From: Amoebidium appalachense
Taxonomy: Eukaryota > Protista > Ichthyosporea
Assembly (NCBI GenBank): GCA_963693365.1
Contig: CAVNZM010000002.1
Location: 9,893,059-9,957,058, forward strand
Direction: 5' to 3'
DNA: 64,000 nt
Below the pieces are notes generated by a model. That model saw nothing but the letters and a program-made list of their open reading frames with translations, searched no databases and was not told the DNA's origin. The position numbers and the translations under genes were made by a program. The stretch's first letter is position 1; each line of letters opens with the position of its first letter. Shown piece by piece: positions 50,907-64,000 of this stretch.

Positions 50907-52337
50907 ATGGCGACCATTTCCTCGTTGCCGGCAGACCAGGCCTACGACGACAAAAGTATGACGGGGCAAACAACCTTATTACAGCTGACAGTTCGGCATT
51001 TACGACACTCAGCAAAACTCCTGAAAACGACGTGCCGGTGTCTGAAGGCACCCCCACCGAGCCTCACGCACGGTGGTTCCATGCTGCGTTCCACATGTGC
51101 ACGGTCATTGCCGGTGCTGGCGTATTGGGTCTCCCACATGCATTTGCAACTCACATAGGCCGGAGGTATTGTATAATCACGCTGGTTTCCGTACTCGTTG
51201 TCAGCTACTACACCACGGTGCTCCTGACGCGCATGCACGTGACACGCACGGACGAAGAAGAGAACACTAAGCCACGGCGCCTGAACACCTACTATGGGGT
51301 AGCAGAATACACTATGGGGAAGAGGCTGGCTGCCTACCTGGTGGCACCCTTCCAGGTGATCATTATTGTGGGCTTAGCCATTGCTTTTCTCATCATTGCT
51401 GGCACCATGATAGACGCTATATACCGCGGCCACTGCCAAAACTGCACGCACGTACGCCAGATGGTGTGGACGAGCGGTGTTGCTACTGTCGAGCTCCTGC
51501 TTTCGTTCTTCCCCTCCGGAGAGGTATTTCGGGTGCTTCCCTCCTGGCGGCTATGGCTACCCTTGGCTGCTGCACCATCTCCGTGTCTCTGTGTGCGTCC
51601 CTTGGCCAACAGCCCGACGTGAGCTACTCCATGCCTGCCTCTGATAGCGTTTGAAACATTGTCTGCAGCGTATTTACTGGCATTTCTACGGTGGTGTTTG
51701 CTTGCTCCGTCAACATGATTCTTTCGGAAATCCAGGCAACACTGAGGCCTACGCCCTGCCCCACCAAAGAGGGCGCCAAGGCCATCTCTCTCACATGGGT
51801 GTTTGTTATCATTCTGTATTTGCTAGTGCGTGCACCGGCTACTATGCGTTTGGTAGCGGCGTCAACTCGAACATTCTCATCAGCATTCAGCAGGCGAGCA
51901 GCAGTTCCGTTGTTTCCGCGGCCGTTACAGTTGCTGAAGCCTTCATCGTTTTCCACGTCGTTATTACCCGGTATCAGGTTTTGACCCTCCCCCTGTTTGA
52001 GAAAATGGAGCGCGAGGCTGCCCGTAACATTGAAGCCGTCGCTAGGCGCCCGAGGTTCTTCCGGTTCCCAATCCGCTGCTCGTTTGTCATCGGCACGTGG
52101 TTTGTTGCGTGTGCTATCCCGTTCTTTGGCGACATTATGGGTCTGTTTGGTGCCGTGGCCTGTATGCCTCTGACGTTTATTTTCCCGGCTGCAATGTATC
52201 TTATGTACCGCGGGGATGATATGGGTAGGGTTGAACGGTTTGCCTGCCATGCTGTTATCGTAGGTGGTATTTTGGCTGGGGTGATGGGAACTATCTCGGC
52301 TGTTGCTGGAATCATTCAGGACGCCAGCACGTTCTAA
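50907..52337 (+). pseudogene. Intronless amino-acid permease (AAAP/Aa_trans, LHT-like) with disrupted reading frame
   Basis: HARWFHAAFHMCTVIAGAGVLGLPHAFA, ILSEIQATL, GYYAFG and AIPFFGDIMGLFGAVACMPLTFIFPAAMYL are LHT-type motifs. They are spread over several frames, with frameshifts at ~50955, ~51520 and ~51828 and an in-frame TGA at 51652. Confidence 0.85.
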
Positions 52338-53635
52338 ATGTTTGCGTAAATAGGCTATGAAACACACACACCATAATCGTTAGTCTCCTCTTTTTCAAAC
52401 ACTACTACTGTGGTATTTGAGTACATGAATATTAATGAAACGCTAAGGGGAAAACAACCTTGGTTAGTGAATGTGTTATCATGATTTGTTTTCTGTTTTT
52501 CTATTTTTAGTGCGCTCAATTGTGGCCGTGCACCTAGAGTATTAGCACAAAGACAATGTTAATCCATATTTCGCTCACCCAAACATGAGTGCCTAAGCAA
52601 ACAAGGTGCCTGGAGCATCGGAGTGCTAATTGATGGATTCAAGTATCTATGCACCCCCCTGCGGCCCAGTGGACCTCTGGCTCTCCCCCCAACCTCCCCC
52701 CTCCCTCCCCTCCCCCTCCACCTCCCCCGCTCCCCCCTTCCCTCCCCCCCCTTCCCCCCCCCCCCCCCCCAAAAAAAAAAAATAAAAAATAAAAAAATGC
52801 ACACACTCTCATAGACACGCACACGTACACACCCCTTTCCTCGTAATCATTAGTTAAGAGTGGTTTGTAGACACTCATTTGGACCAGGTGTCTCGTGTCA
52901 TCTCGTAACCCCTTCCCCCTCCCCCCCCCCCCCCCCCCCCTCCCCCCCCCCCCCCGCCCCCCTTCCCCCCCTTCGCCTCCCTCCCTCCCCACCCCACCCA
53001 TCCTTCCCATCTTGCTCCCCCCCTCCCTCCTCTTTCTCTCCCCCCTCCCCTCGTACCCTCCGTCTGCTCAACAGAGAAGGCTCGCTGCAAGGCGTAATCT
53101 ATATGTCAAATATATGGCAACTTAATTTAATTGTAATTTGCTGACTACTGTTACTTGGCATAAAAATAGGTAACTATTCGCATCCCTCAATAGTCCAGCC
53201 CCGGCACACATCTTTGAATCACTGAGCAATAAAGCCACCAGCCCTTTTGCACCAGGTTTTTTGACGTTCCACCCATCCGGTTCAGACCAGCCCCCCCTCC
53301 CTCCCTCCCTCCCTCCCTCCCCCTCCTCCCTTCCCCCCCCCCCCCACCCCACACACACACACACCACCACCACCACCACTACCACCACCACCCATCCACC
53401 CACCCTTTCGTCTTCCCCCACCCGTTCGCCCACCCACCTGCCCGCCAACCACTCTTTAGCTTTGCCGACGGTCCTTTCCCCCGAATCTGACCGGCCAACC
53501 CCTTCTTTTCTTGGGATCATTCTTGGGCCCATGTCTACGCACAGGTTATTCTTATCCCAGCCTCCACACCTTTGGTTATCGCCATCTCCAAGCTTTTTTT
53601 CCACGCAGGTGCCCACACATTATCTCCCCCCTTCC

Positions 53636-53671
<36 letters not shown>

Positions 53672-53894
53672 CACACACACACAAACACCAGCTCCCTTCT
53701 TAGATTTTCTTTCATTTTACGCGTCTCTCACCCCCACCCTATCTCTCTGAGACTCTCCCAACTGTACAACCCCCCCCCCCCCCCCCAACCAACATGTCCC
53801 CTCTCCCCCCCCCCCCTCCCCTCTCTCCGTATTCTTCTATCTAACCCTTAAATACTGCGCAACACCTGGCGCATGCACTTCCAGGCATCATCAT

Positions 53895-53983
<89 letters not shown>

Positions 53984-54026
53984 GGCGCACGCATGCACGC
54001 ACGCACGCACGCAAACACGCGCGCGC

Positions 54027-54088
<62 letters not shown>

Positions 54089-54184
54089 AACAAACACACA
54101 CACACCGTGACACACACACACACGCACGCACTGGCGTACGCATGCACGCACGCACGCACGCACGCAAACACGCGCGCGCGCGCG

Positions 54185-54250
<66 letters not shown>

Positions 54251-54819
54251 CGCACGCAGACACAATGTGTGTACAGAACGGTACGGGCTTTCCTGCGGGC
54301 GCCATATTCTGTGGGGGTGGAAAAAAAGAACTATTCTGCAAAACCTGCAAAACGGAAGTGCATTCTCCTTTCGAATTCAGCCAATTTGTTCGGCAAACGA
54401 AGAATGATCCAGCAAAGCAAAACTTTCAGCAAAAGGCAGCCCGGCCAGAAAATAGCAGAATTATTCTCCTCTGATATAATCTTCCTGCAAAAAACCTGCA
54501 AAAAACAGTTGTATTCCACTTTGAGCAGAGTTACCCCTGCTAATGGCTGTGAGTGTCGGACTTGCTACGAGCTCTGCGCATACGCATTATGTAGCAGGAT
54601 TTTTCAGCAAAAGCAGAATCGATCAGGAAAAAAGTGGAATCAATTTGCAAAGGCCACAAAATCCTGTTCTGTGCAGAGTAAATTCTTCTGATGTAGCTCG
54701 GGGGCTTTAAATTTAGGCTTGCCGTTGCTCTCCACACACACCGTGGGACCGGATTTGGAGGTGTGTATTCGAACTCACTCAGCACACACACACACGCCAT
54801 ACACACACACACACACACA

Positions 54820-54872
<53 letters not shown>

Positions 54873-55063
54873 CCCCTCTCCCCCCCTCCCTCCCTCCCCC
54901 TTTCCCTCTCTCTATCCCCCCCCCCTCTCCCCCCCTCTCCCTCCCCCTCCCGCGGAGTCCCTACCTCTCCCTCTCCCATCCCTTCCTCCCTCCCTCCCTC
55001 CCCTCCCCCTCCCCTTCCCCTCCCCGCTCCTTCTCCCTCCCTCCCTCCCTCCCTCCCTCCCTC

Positions 55064-55103
<40 letters not shown>

Positions 55104-55116
55104 GCTCTATCTCTCT

Positions 55117-55175
<59 letters not shown>

Positions 55176-56388
55176 CGTGTGTGTGTGTGTGTGTGCAACA
55201 CATGTGCGGGCCCACATGTTGAAAACAACACGGCCGCTTTCCTATAATTCCAAAGGTTAAAAAAACCAAAGGAAGAAGTTCAATTTGTTGGGCCGGGGAA
55301 AGGAAAGGCGAGGTGTGTGCAGGGTGGTTGTCATGAGGCTAGGTTGCATGGAGTCCTCCCCCTCGAGCTCCTCCCTCTCCCCCCCCCCCCCTCCCCCCCT
55401 TCTCTCACTCTCTCTCTCTCTCTCTCCCCCCCCCCCCCCCCCCCCCGGGAGCCGCACATGCACAGGGCCGGTAATTATTGTTCCCCCTAGTTTTGCGAGA
55501 GGACCCCCTTCCCTTCCTTTCCCACCAAAGAAGAGAAAAGAAAAAAAGGGCCCCCGGGCCGGGGAGGGAGCGGGGGGGGGATAAGAATGCGTGAATATCA
55601 GAGTGCGAGGCATGCGCAACCTTATTCGTACGCGTACTGCCAGTGCTGCACTGCTTCGGGCACCGTGCACAACGTAATGCACTATTGTCAGACTGTGCTG
55701 AACTATGTGTGCACTGCATGCATCAAACGTGTGAATACAATAGTAACCCAAGCACCGAGCAAGTTGCCGGATACTATCGATATCCGATTTAACTGTGAAC
55801 AAGCATATACTACGATGCAGTTGGCTACAACGGGAATACATAGACCGGGAATGTGAGCTCATATAGTTAAGGCATGTATGCTGTGGTGCAGGGAAATTTA
55901 TATGAAAAGAGCACGTGCACACACACCGCATTGTTTCACCGTTGTTACATCCAAGTTCCAGATTATTCTGTCAAGCCAACTGAGAAGTACATGCACTACA
56001 ATGCAATAGCCTAACCAACATGAATGTAACTTGTCAAATTCATAAAAAAGCACACACACCACAACAATGCATGGTCATGTTGCGTCAAAATTCTATTACA
56101 TTCTGGTGAATTTAAGAAGTACGCGCACTGCACATGCATATGCGATCTGGTCTTTAATATCCAAAAATGATATAAATTTCCTGGGCCCATTTCTCCAAGT
56201 GGAATTCAGGCTAAAATAAAGGTAGGTACCTACCAGTAGACGAGATTTATAACAAGATTGTGTGTATACGTGCATACGTGCAATCAGATTTGCAGACGTT
56301 CAATATATCTATATATATATTTGAAATATAACAAGAAATTCTTGACTTGAACCTGGCTCTGTAGCAGCAATCATCACTTATCATATCT

Positions 56389-56423
<35 letters not shown>

Positions 56424-56507
56424 TTCAGCAGCTGTACGCCTATCGACCTCGGGGCAACGTCACCCTAATACAACACACCGAAATACAAGAAAACGAAAGA
56501 CTATAAG

Positions 56508-56558
<51 letters not shown>

Positions 56559-56684
56559 AAAAAAAAAAAAGAGAAAAAGAAAAAGAAAAAAGAAAAAGAA
56601 AAAGAAAGAAAAAAAAAGAAAAAAAGAAAACCCCCCACCCAAAAAAAAAAAAAATTCACACGGGCCGGATTCCAGAGTGTTCTC

Positions 56685-58579
56685 TCACTGCCTCACCAGC
56701 TTCACTTTAGTCCTCTCGTCCACACCATTCACCAGCGCATGCACGCCAGGAACCACCACACCCCCACCGCTAAGCATAACATCACCCCCAGCCACAGCAT
56801 TTACAGTGTTCACCATGGGTAAAACCTTCTCAAACGCCGGGATAAACTCCTCCTTGCGGGATATAAGTGGGGAGGTGTCCAATGTTCCCGCCTCCCAGTC
56901 CACGGGCGCGTCAGGAAATGCCTTCTGAGCCAACACCATATCCACGTCATCACCGCATATAAGCGTGGACTTCTTCCTTAGAAAATCCTCCACGGCAAAG
57001 AACGCATACTTAAGCGACAATATCTCCTTTTCCAATTGGAGGCTTGCCCGAAGATTCTGCCGCATGGTTGGCTCCAAGAGGGTTTCGGGTTTCACCGTCT
57101 GCGCGTTGGAAAACCCCAGCGTGCTCCCAGCGATCGTAAAACTCTTGAAATCCATCGCAACGATCTGATCCGGCGTCATGCCCGTGTAATCGGATCGCGC
57201 CTCCATCATGGTGTAAACGAGGTCCGTCAGGTTGCTAATTCCTGACAGAGGAAGCAAGTACTCTAGTGCCTTGTTGTCCTCTGGGGTGGTGGCTGGCGAT
57301 GTAAAATTCAAAGTGTCCGAAATTATCCCTGCGAGGAGTGGGCCGGCGACATTCTCCGGGACGCGACGTGGGCAGTACTTCCTAATCATGTCAGTCACCA
57401 CCGTGCAGCAGCTACCGACGGGCCGAATGTAAATGTAGGTGGCCCTCGTGGGTAAAACCGGCCGGGGGACGAGCGCGTGGTGGTCAATAATTGCCGAAAC
57501 ATCGCCCATGTGCTCCGTCACGAAACTCGACGCCTGATCGTACTGATTGTAATCAACAAGACCCAGTTTGTTCCCGGGTTTGTACAACACTGAAATATCC
57601 TCGGGGGCTTTGAGTTTGAGGTATTGTAGCGCCGCCGTCGACTCCTTGTTTAAGGCCGCCGGAGTCGCGGGTGTGCCATTAAGCAGCCACGCCGCGCCGA
57701 TCGCCGATCCGATCGAGTCCATATCGGGAGCGGGGGAATGCCCGGCGAAGATAATTCCCTGGGGAATCTCGTTATCAAGGTCGTTTAGGCCGATTTTGGG
57801 CCTCCCAAAAGACATTTCGAAAATCTGCACGCGGAGCCATTCCAACGACGCGCGGACGGATTTCTCCCGGTACCATTCGGTGAGTTCACCCCACTGGATG
57901 TCGATGAGCAGTTGGGTGGCGCTTGCTTCCTCTGTGTGGTTGTGGTCACGGTACCACCTGCACGATCAGACGTGTGTGGGTGAGTGGTGGTGGTGATGCT
58001 GGTGGTGGTGTGTGTGGGTGTGTGTGTATGTGGGGGGGGGGGGGGGGGGGGGGGGGGAGGGGGGAGGGGGGGGGGGAGGGAGAAAGGGCGCAGGGGCGGG
58101 GGAAGAGGGGGTGGTGTGGGTCAGGGGTGGGGAGGGGGAAATTGGGGGCAGGGGTAGGGGGGGGGGGGGGGGGGGGGGGGGGATGGTGGGGATGGGTGGT
58201 TCTGTGTGTTTGTGTATGTATGTGTGTGTGTGCGCGCGCAGGCGGCCGCACCCGCGCTTGTATGTGTCTTTTCGTCATAAAGGGGGAGGGCTAAAACGAT
58301 TGCAAGGAGGGGAGAGGAGGGGAGAACGGAGGAGGGGGGGAATTGGTGGATGGTGTCAGCGGATGCGTAGCCAGAGGAGACTCAAACAAGGTACATCTAT
58401 AACTCGGTGTGTCGTCAAAAAGTAAAAAGGGTGGTGGTGACGAAACTAGACAGAGTAGAGTGTAGGTGTGTCAGGTGGCACGAGGGGCAGGGACCGGGAG
58501 GGGGGAGGGAAGGGGGGGGGGGAGGGGAATGGGTAGTGAGTGAGTGTGAGTGTGTGAGTATGTGAGTGCCAGTGTGTGT

Positions 58580-58615
<36 letters not shown>

Positions 58616-60715
58616 AATGGAAAAAAGGTTTGCATTGGGGTGGTACAGGTCCATCGGTCAATTATTCAGGAGGGAGGGCACAAGGTAGGGGATAGAGCAG
58701 GGTCAGGCCAGCCAAGAACAGGGGAGACCGGGGGTTTAGACGTGCTTAAGAGGATCACCGGGGGGAGGCCCCGGGAGGGGGAGGGGGGGGGGGGGGGGGG
58801 GGGAGTAAAGAAGCCACGGGAAAATTGGGGGGCAGGGGCCGGGCGGGGGGGGGGGGGGGGGGGGGGGAGGGCGCGGGGGGAGGGAGGGGGGGAGGGGAGG
58901 CACACGAGAAAAAAGGAATCACCTGCTCAAGGGGGGCATAAGAAGGTGGTTGGGGCAACACCGGTGCAAAGGGGGAGTGCGAAAAGCAACAGAGAAGAGC
59001 TGGACTAGAGGGATGGGCAAGACGAAAACGTGGGAAAGTGCTTGAGAGCCGCAAAGGCAAGAGAGATCAATTAAGGAGGAGACAACGGGGGAGGGCTTTC
59101 CCCGGGGGGGGAAGGGGAGGGGGGTGCCGGGGGGGGGGGGGGGGAAGGGGGAGGGAGGGGGACGGGGGGGGGAGGAGGGTATGTGTGTATGTGGGTGTGA
59201 AGGAGCACATATATACATGGTCATAAGGTGACCAATATCGGGTGTGGTGCATGTGTTTGTGTGTGTTGTGTAGTTCCGGGGCGAATGGAACTTCAGTGAC
59301 AAGCAACCGTCTAGGTTTCAAGGGAGAGGACAGGAGCACCAGCGGGGGGATGGGGGAGGGGGGGGGGGGGGGGGGGGGGATGTTTCATGAAAGATGTGTG
59401 CAGGAGCTGTGTGTAGGATCTTTTGAACATGTGTTTGAAAATGTGTAAAATGCCTTGTTGCATCAGATGCAAGACCTGGCTGGGCGTTGCACTATATCCC
59501 CCCTCCCCCCCCCCCCCCCTCCCCCCCCCCCCCCCCCCAAAAAAAAAAAAAAAAAAAAGAAAGAAAAAAACCACCAGACCCCGACCCCACCCCGACCACA
59601 TACAAAAAATAAAGGGAGGCAGGCAGAGCGAACGAGCGAGTGAGAGAAAGAGATAGAGAGAGGAGGGGGAGGGGAAGGGGGAGAGAGATAGAGAGAGAGG
59701 AGAGAAGGAGAAAAAGGGAGGGAGGGAGGGAGAGGAGGGCGGGGGGAGAAGGAGGGAGGAAGACAGGGAGGGAGGGAGGGAGGGAGAGAGTACAACGAGA
59801 CAAGCATTTCATACTCTTCTCTCCCTACTCCATCAAAAACCGAAGGTGACACGTTTACCTGTATGCGCTGATCACGTCGTTCAAGGTGCCTATGCGGTCA
59901 TACAGGTCTTGCATGGTAACGACACAGCGTGCCACGGGTCGATAGTCGTGAACGGCCTCGGGAAAATACGATAGCACGGTCCTCACACCACGGACCAACT
60001 TGCGCATGTTGTGGAACTTCTCCTGATTTTCGTCGATCCATATGTCCTTGAGAGACAAGAACGTCTTGTCATATTGAGCGATTCTTTCCAGAAGATCCGA
60101 TGTCAAGTACGCGATGTTTTCCAACCCGGTTCGGTTTGTAGTTGGCCGAGGTGCCCCGGGCCGTGATGTGCCCCAAAACAACCGAGAGAGATGATGACCC
60201 GTGCGACTGACTAGGGTAAGTGCTGGGTTGGATAGGAACGATGTGAAGTTGTATTTTTGGTCGTCAGAAATGACCGTCGCCTTGGAATCCAGAGCCTTTT
60301 GTAGTAGTTTTTGTGCCTCCTCGGTCGTGTATGAAATGTGGGCGGCGCTGAGGTCTTGAAATGCGCCAATGTCTTCGTATAGGCGGTCTAGGTCAGTACG
60401 AAAAGTCTGCCAAACATCGACTTTTTCTACAGCACCCCCCTCACCTGTGTAGTCGACACTTTCTGGGTAGGCAAACACAAAGATGTCAAGGAAATCACGG
60501 CAGTACAAAGCGAATTTACGCAAATTCTTGACTTTTGTCGGTAGGGATGAGTTCGTTAATGTACTTAGCCCACCTAGAAGTTCGGAGCATCTCGCTGGCG
60601 TAACTTGTGCTGTTAGCTCTTGGTAAGAGAGGGATTGAAGATCGGAAGCGGATGCGTGAATAAATAAGAAAAGTGAGAGAAAAAAGGCCCTAAAATAGCC
60701 TTTGAATACGACCAT
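56685..60715 (-). CDS. Secreted CHAD-domain / family II Mn-dependent inorganic pyrophosphatase (DHH-DHHA2) fusion, ~709 aa, 2 exons
   Basis: Exon 60715-59859 (AG|GTAAAC donor) joins 57957-56685 (TGCAG acceptor) in frame. It encodes a signal peptide, two CHAD-like repeats (KNLRKFALYCR..LYEDIGAFQDL; FHNMRKLVRGVR..LYDRIGTLNDV), then GHSPAPDMDSIGSAI, LVDYNQ, IIDHH, RPVGSCCT, IISDTL, DFKSF and SRK. Confidence 0.88.
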
Positions 60716-62758
60716 TTTTGATGTGTTGTGTGCGTTCGAATTCGTCCCTGCGTCTTGTGTCAGCCCGGCCCCCTCACGAGGGAGGATGAGAGGGAGAGAA
60801 AAAAACTAGTCTAAGAATAACATCTGAGATGAAAACAAGGTGGGCAAAACGACTTTTTATTATACAATATAGCTATTTGTCCAGTCCCTTTTTTCCACCA
60901 GCTGGCCAGGCCGTTGTGTGCAATTGAAATGACGGTGAGAATTCGACGGTTTGGCAACCTCAGCGCAGTCACGTTTTTTGCTTTTTGTTTGTTTTTGTTT
61001 TCTTTTTCCAACTTTTTCCTGTTGCAGTCGTGTATTTTGATTGGCTACTGGTCAGTGGTTCAAAATGTCATCTACAAACTGTATTAGTACGTATCTATGA
61101 AGGAGCTTCTGTGTAGTAGGAGGAGTGGGTGGCGCAGTAAGCAAGAGTAAGTGCATTCAACTATGATATTCAAGTTCTTTGCTTACACCATAGGTATTAT
61201 ACTAAATTATTCTTGCTGCTTCATGGCTTGCCCGATTATTACACATATGCACAGCGGCGGCTCGCCAGAGGAACCCCAAAACTCTCTAGTGTGGGGGCAT
61301 GTGTGTAACTAATTTTTCTCCTCCATATCTAATAGTTCTAATTCCAGACTCAGTTTAACAAACTTAAGTTAAGAGACTTAAAAAATATGATAAAAATTTT
61401 TAATACTATAGAGCTATTTTATTGTTCTGGTTCTCGTGAGTCATCTTCCATTTCTATAGTCATATAGTGTAAACGCTATCAAAATTTCCAGTCGAGAGGT
61501 CCCAGAGCAATAAGTTGTGGGGGATCTCTAGTGGTGCGTATTTCCCCAATCCAAACGAGTATCAGTCATGTGTGTCTGTTACCGGCTGCCAGCCGATGGT
61601 AAAGGCGTAAAGGCTGTCATTGTGACTTACAACAAAAACTAGTGGCCTAACATATGAGCAGCGTCACCCATGTACTGCTATTTAGTAGGCGTATTAGGTC
61701 AAAAATCCGGTTCAATATTGTGCATGATACAGCAGGAAACTAATATTTATGGATAGTATGGAATGGACACCATTGGCAGACAAGTCTTGCCAGCTCAGCG
61801 CCGGCTGCGCCGTCAGACTCAGAGCCGGCAACGAGTGTCTCAAAAAGGGAATAAAAATTCTTATGTAATTGGTCACATAAATTGTGCGGTGCGCGATCCT
61901 GGGGATTCCCAGCAACACAGCGTTTCTGCAGCAGTTGAGTCACCTGAGACCGGCTGTTAAAGTTTTGCTGAGGAATTAGAACGCCGGCATCAGTGATTTA
62001 GCGAAGTTCAGTAACAGGAAAACGTGGGGATACAAGTTTAGCACGACGATAGCAACTTTTTTTGGTTACAAAGGGTGCTGTATGGGTGGTGCTATTGTAG
62101 TGAAAATCTGCGCTACATGTTTTTACGGACTTGCCTGTGTTTAATGCCCCGGTCTTGTTGCAGTTGACTTTACTCTTTAGGTACTCAGGGGGTTGACGAA
62201 TAGCGATAGTGCTTATCCCTCCTCCTATTTTGTGCCTGTTGCATTGTACAACAGGAAAACATCAGGAAAACACTCCAGGCTGACTCACGGTAACACAATC
62301 TGGCAGTACCCCCTTTTCCTTAATAACTGGCTCTTGGGCATCGTTCTTCTGTGTTGCTTTCTTGGATTGTCGAGGGCTTCTTTTCTATTCCGAACCCCAT
62401 TCACCTTTTCGTTTGATAATAATGTGTTTTTTGTAATTACAACATCATTTGTTTTAATGAACCCCCGTGCATTGCACCACACCATACTTCGTTTATCACC
62501 TTTTCGGTTGTGAAGAAAGGGGAGTTTTTATTGTTAGCTCTAACGTCATACGAGTTATTTACCTGGTGTGCTGCACCCACACCATAATTCGTCGTTAGAA
62601 AGTATGTTGGTTTTTGAGAGGAAGAGCCGCGGCACATTTGCCATCATGGTCTAGCCCAAAGTATTTCTACATGTGGTGTAGAAATAGTATTAAGACATGT
62701 TCATTCGACGCGATTTTTCTTGCATTCTCTAGCTGACACCAAGGTGCCTGCAGGGAGA

Positions 62759-62986
62759 ATGGGGGATTTGGAGGGGGAACAAGGGGACAATGTGTCCCAG
62801 AACTCAAGATCCAGCTCGAGACCAAGCTCTCGCTCCAGCTCGCCAACGAATTCAAGCTTAGATGACACGAGCAAGCTACAGGCTGCTATAGATCTAGAAT
62901 GGAAACTCAGAGCAGGAGCGGAAAACATAGTCAAAATGTTTTCTGGGAGAGATGAAAAGAAGCTAAACCCTTCCGAGAAGAAACAG
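62759..62986 (+). CDS. N-terminal exon of an HR1 (Rho-binding) domain protein (PKN/PKC1, rhophilin or rhotekin class), continuing beyond the window
   Basis: SKLQAAIDLEWKLRAGAENIVKMF matches the HR1 pattern (I/L)xxExK(V/L)xxGAEN. It ends at a CAG|GTAGGT donor. Confidence 0.75.
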
Positions 62987-63309
62987 GTAGGTGTATGGTT
63001 TCTTGCAACTATTTGTGTCGAGCAGGTTTTCGTGGTAGAGCTGCTGGGAGGTGGGATTGCTCAATTGTAGGTGGATGTGTGGTTTTGAGGCTTATGAGGG
63101 TGAGGCAAGGTCACCAGGTCCGATAAGCAAGATGTTTCAGAAATGGAACAGGTCGGCCGAGGCTTAACTTTAGGCTGTTAGGGGGGCTGGCGGGGGGGGG
63201 GGGGGGGGGGGGGGGAGGGGGGGGGGGGGGGGGGGGACGGTTTGGATGGGGAGGAGATTAAGGGGGAGGGGCGGAGGGAGGAGGGGGGGGGGGGGTGAGA
63301 AGGGCGTGT

Positions 63310-63340
<31 letters not shown>

Positions 63341-64000
63341 GGGGAGAGAGAGAGAGAGAGGAGGGGGAGGGGGGGGGAGAGAGAGAGAGGAGTGAGTCTG
63401 TGGTTATGAAAAAGTAGCAAACTAGTAAGGACTCCTACTGCTGGTAAGGGCATGTAGGCAAGGGCAGGCTGTAGGAGTGGGCGTGGAAGAGAGGGGGAAG
63501 AACGGGGAGGCAGAGCCTGGGGATTGTGATCCCGGCCCCACTTTTGGCGGAAGTGGGGTTGGAAGGGGGAGGGGGGGAGAGGGGGAGAGGGGGGTTAAAG
63601 GCAGAAAGGGTAGGGGGGTCTGGGGAAGCGGGAGGTCAGGGCAAGGGGGAAAGAGAAAACGAGATTATAGAACTAGGAGTTAATTGCATATGCTCTTAAA
63701 AGAGACCAGGCCCGCACCGTTCTCCCTAGCGTTGACGAACAAAAGCCATTATGCCCCCCCTCCCCCCCCCCCCCCCCCTTCCCCTCGTCCTAACTGTCTC
63801 CCCCTCCCTCCCCCCCTCCGCCCTAAACCCTCTGTGGCCGTGTCCTCCCAAACATGAGCATGTCTAAGATTTCAAAGCCTCCCTCTCAACCAGCCCGCCT
63901 CCCCCTCCTCCCTCCGCGCCCCCCCTCCCCCTCGCACCCTTCCCGTTCACTCCCATCATCCGTTCACATTATGTTTATTGACCGGTTTTTTCCGTTCACA

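Noticed and set aside
50957-50985. 29-nt GT-AG micro-intron that would repair the first transporter frameshift
   Set aside because: A 1-bp deletion in the AAAA run explains it equally well, and the later lesions cannot be repaired by splicing.
55257-55931. Cys/His-rich ORFs downstream of the CHAD-PPase gene
   Set aside because: Their composition reflects TGCA/CA-rich non-coding sequence; no domain pattern.

Overview
Eukaryotic nuclear DNA from an intron-rich, microsatellite-saturated genome. Integrator INTS7, an HR1-domain gene and a YEEV-type tyrosine motif fit a unicellular holozoan such as an ichthyosporean, but that placement is inference. Most ORFs in the supplied track are artefacts of poly-G/C, (CA)n and (GA)n tracts. 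By hand-splicing I find: mitochondrial ATP synthase gamma (+, 9 exons), an atypical Ras-like GTPase with a long Pro/Ser tail (-), an intronless secreted Cys-repeat protein (-), INTS7 (-, ~25 kb), a frameshifted intronless LHT/AAAP amino-acid transporter pseudogene (+), a two-exon signal-peptide + CHAD + family II (DHH) pyrophosphatase fusion (-), and one exon of an HR1-domain gene (+). The two strongest leads are (1) the secreted CHAD-PpaC fusion, a candidate eukaryotic polyphosphate-capturing hydrolase built from bacterial-type modules, and (2) a ~270-nt dispersed element with about 10 copies, always in the sense direction of the host gene, ending at poly-C and showing a strand-specific stem plus a covarying pseudoknot. 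All homology calls are from motif recognition; no database search was run.
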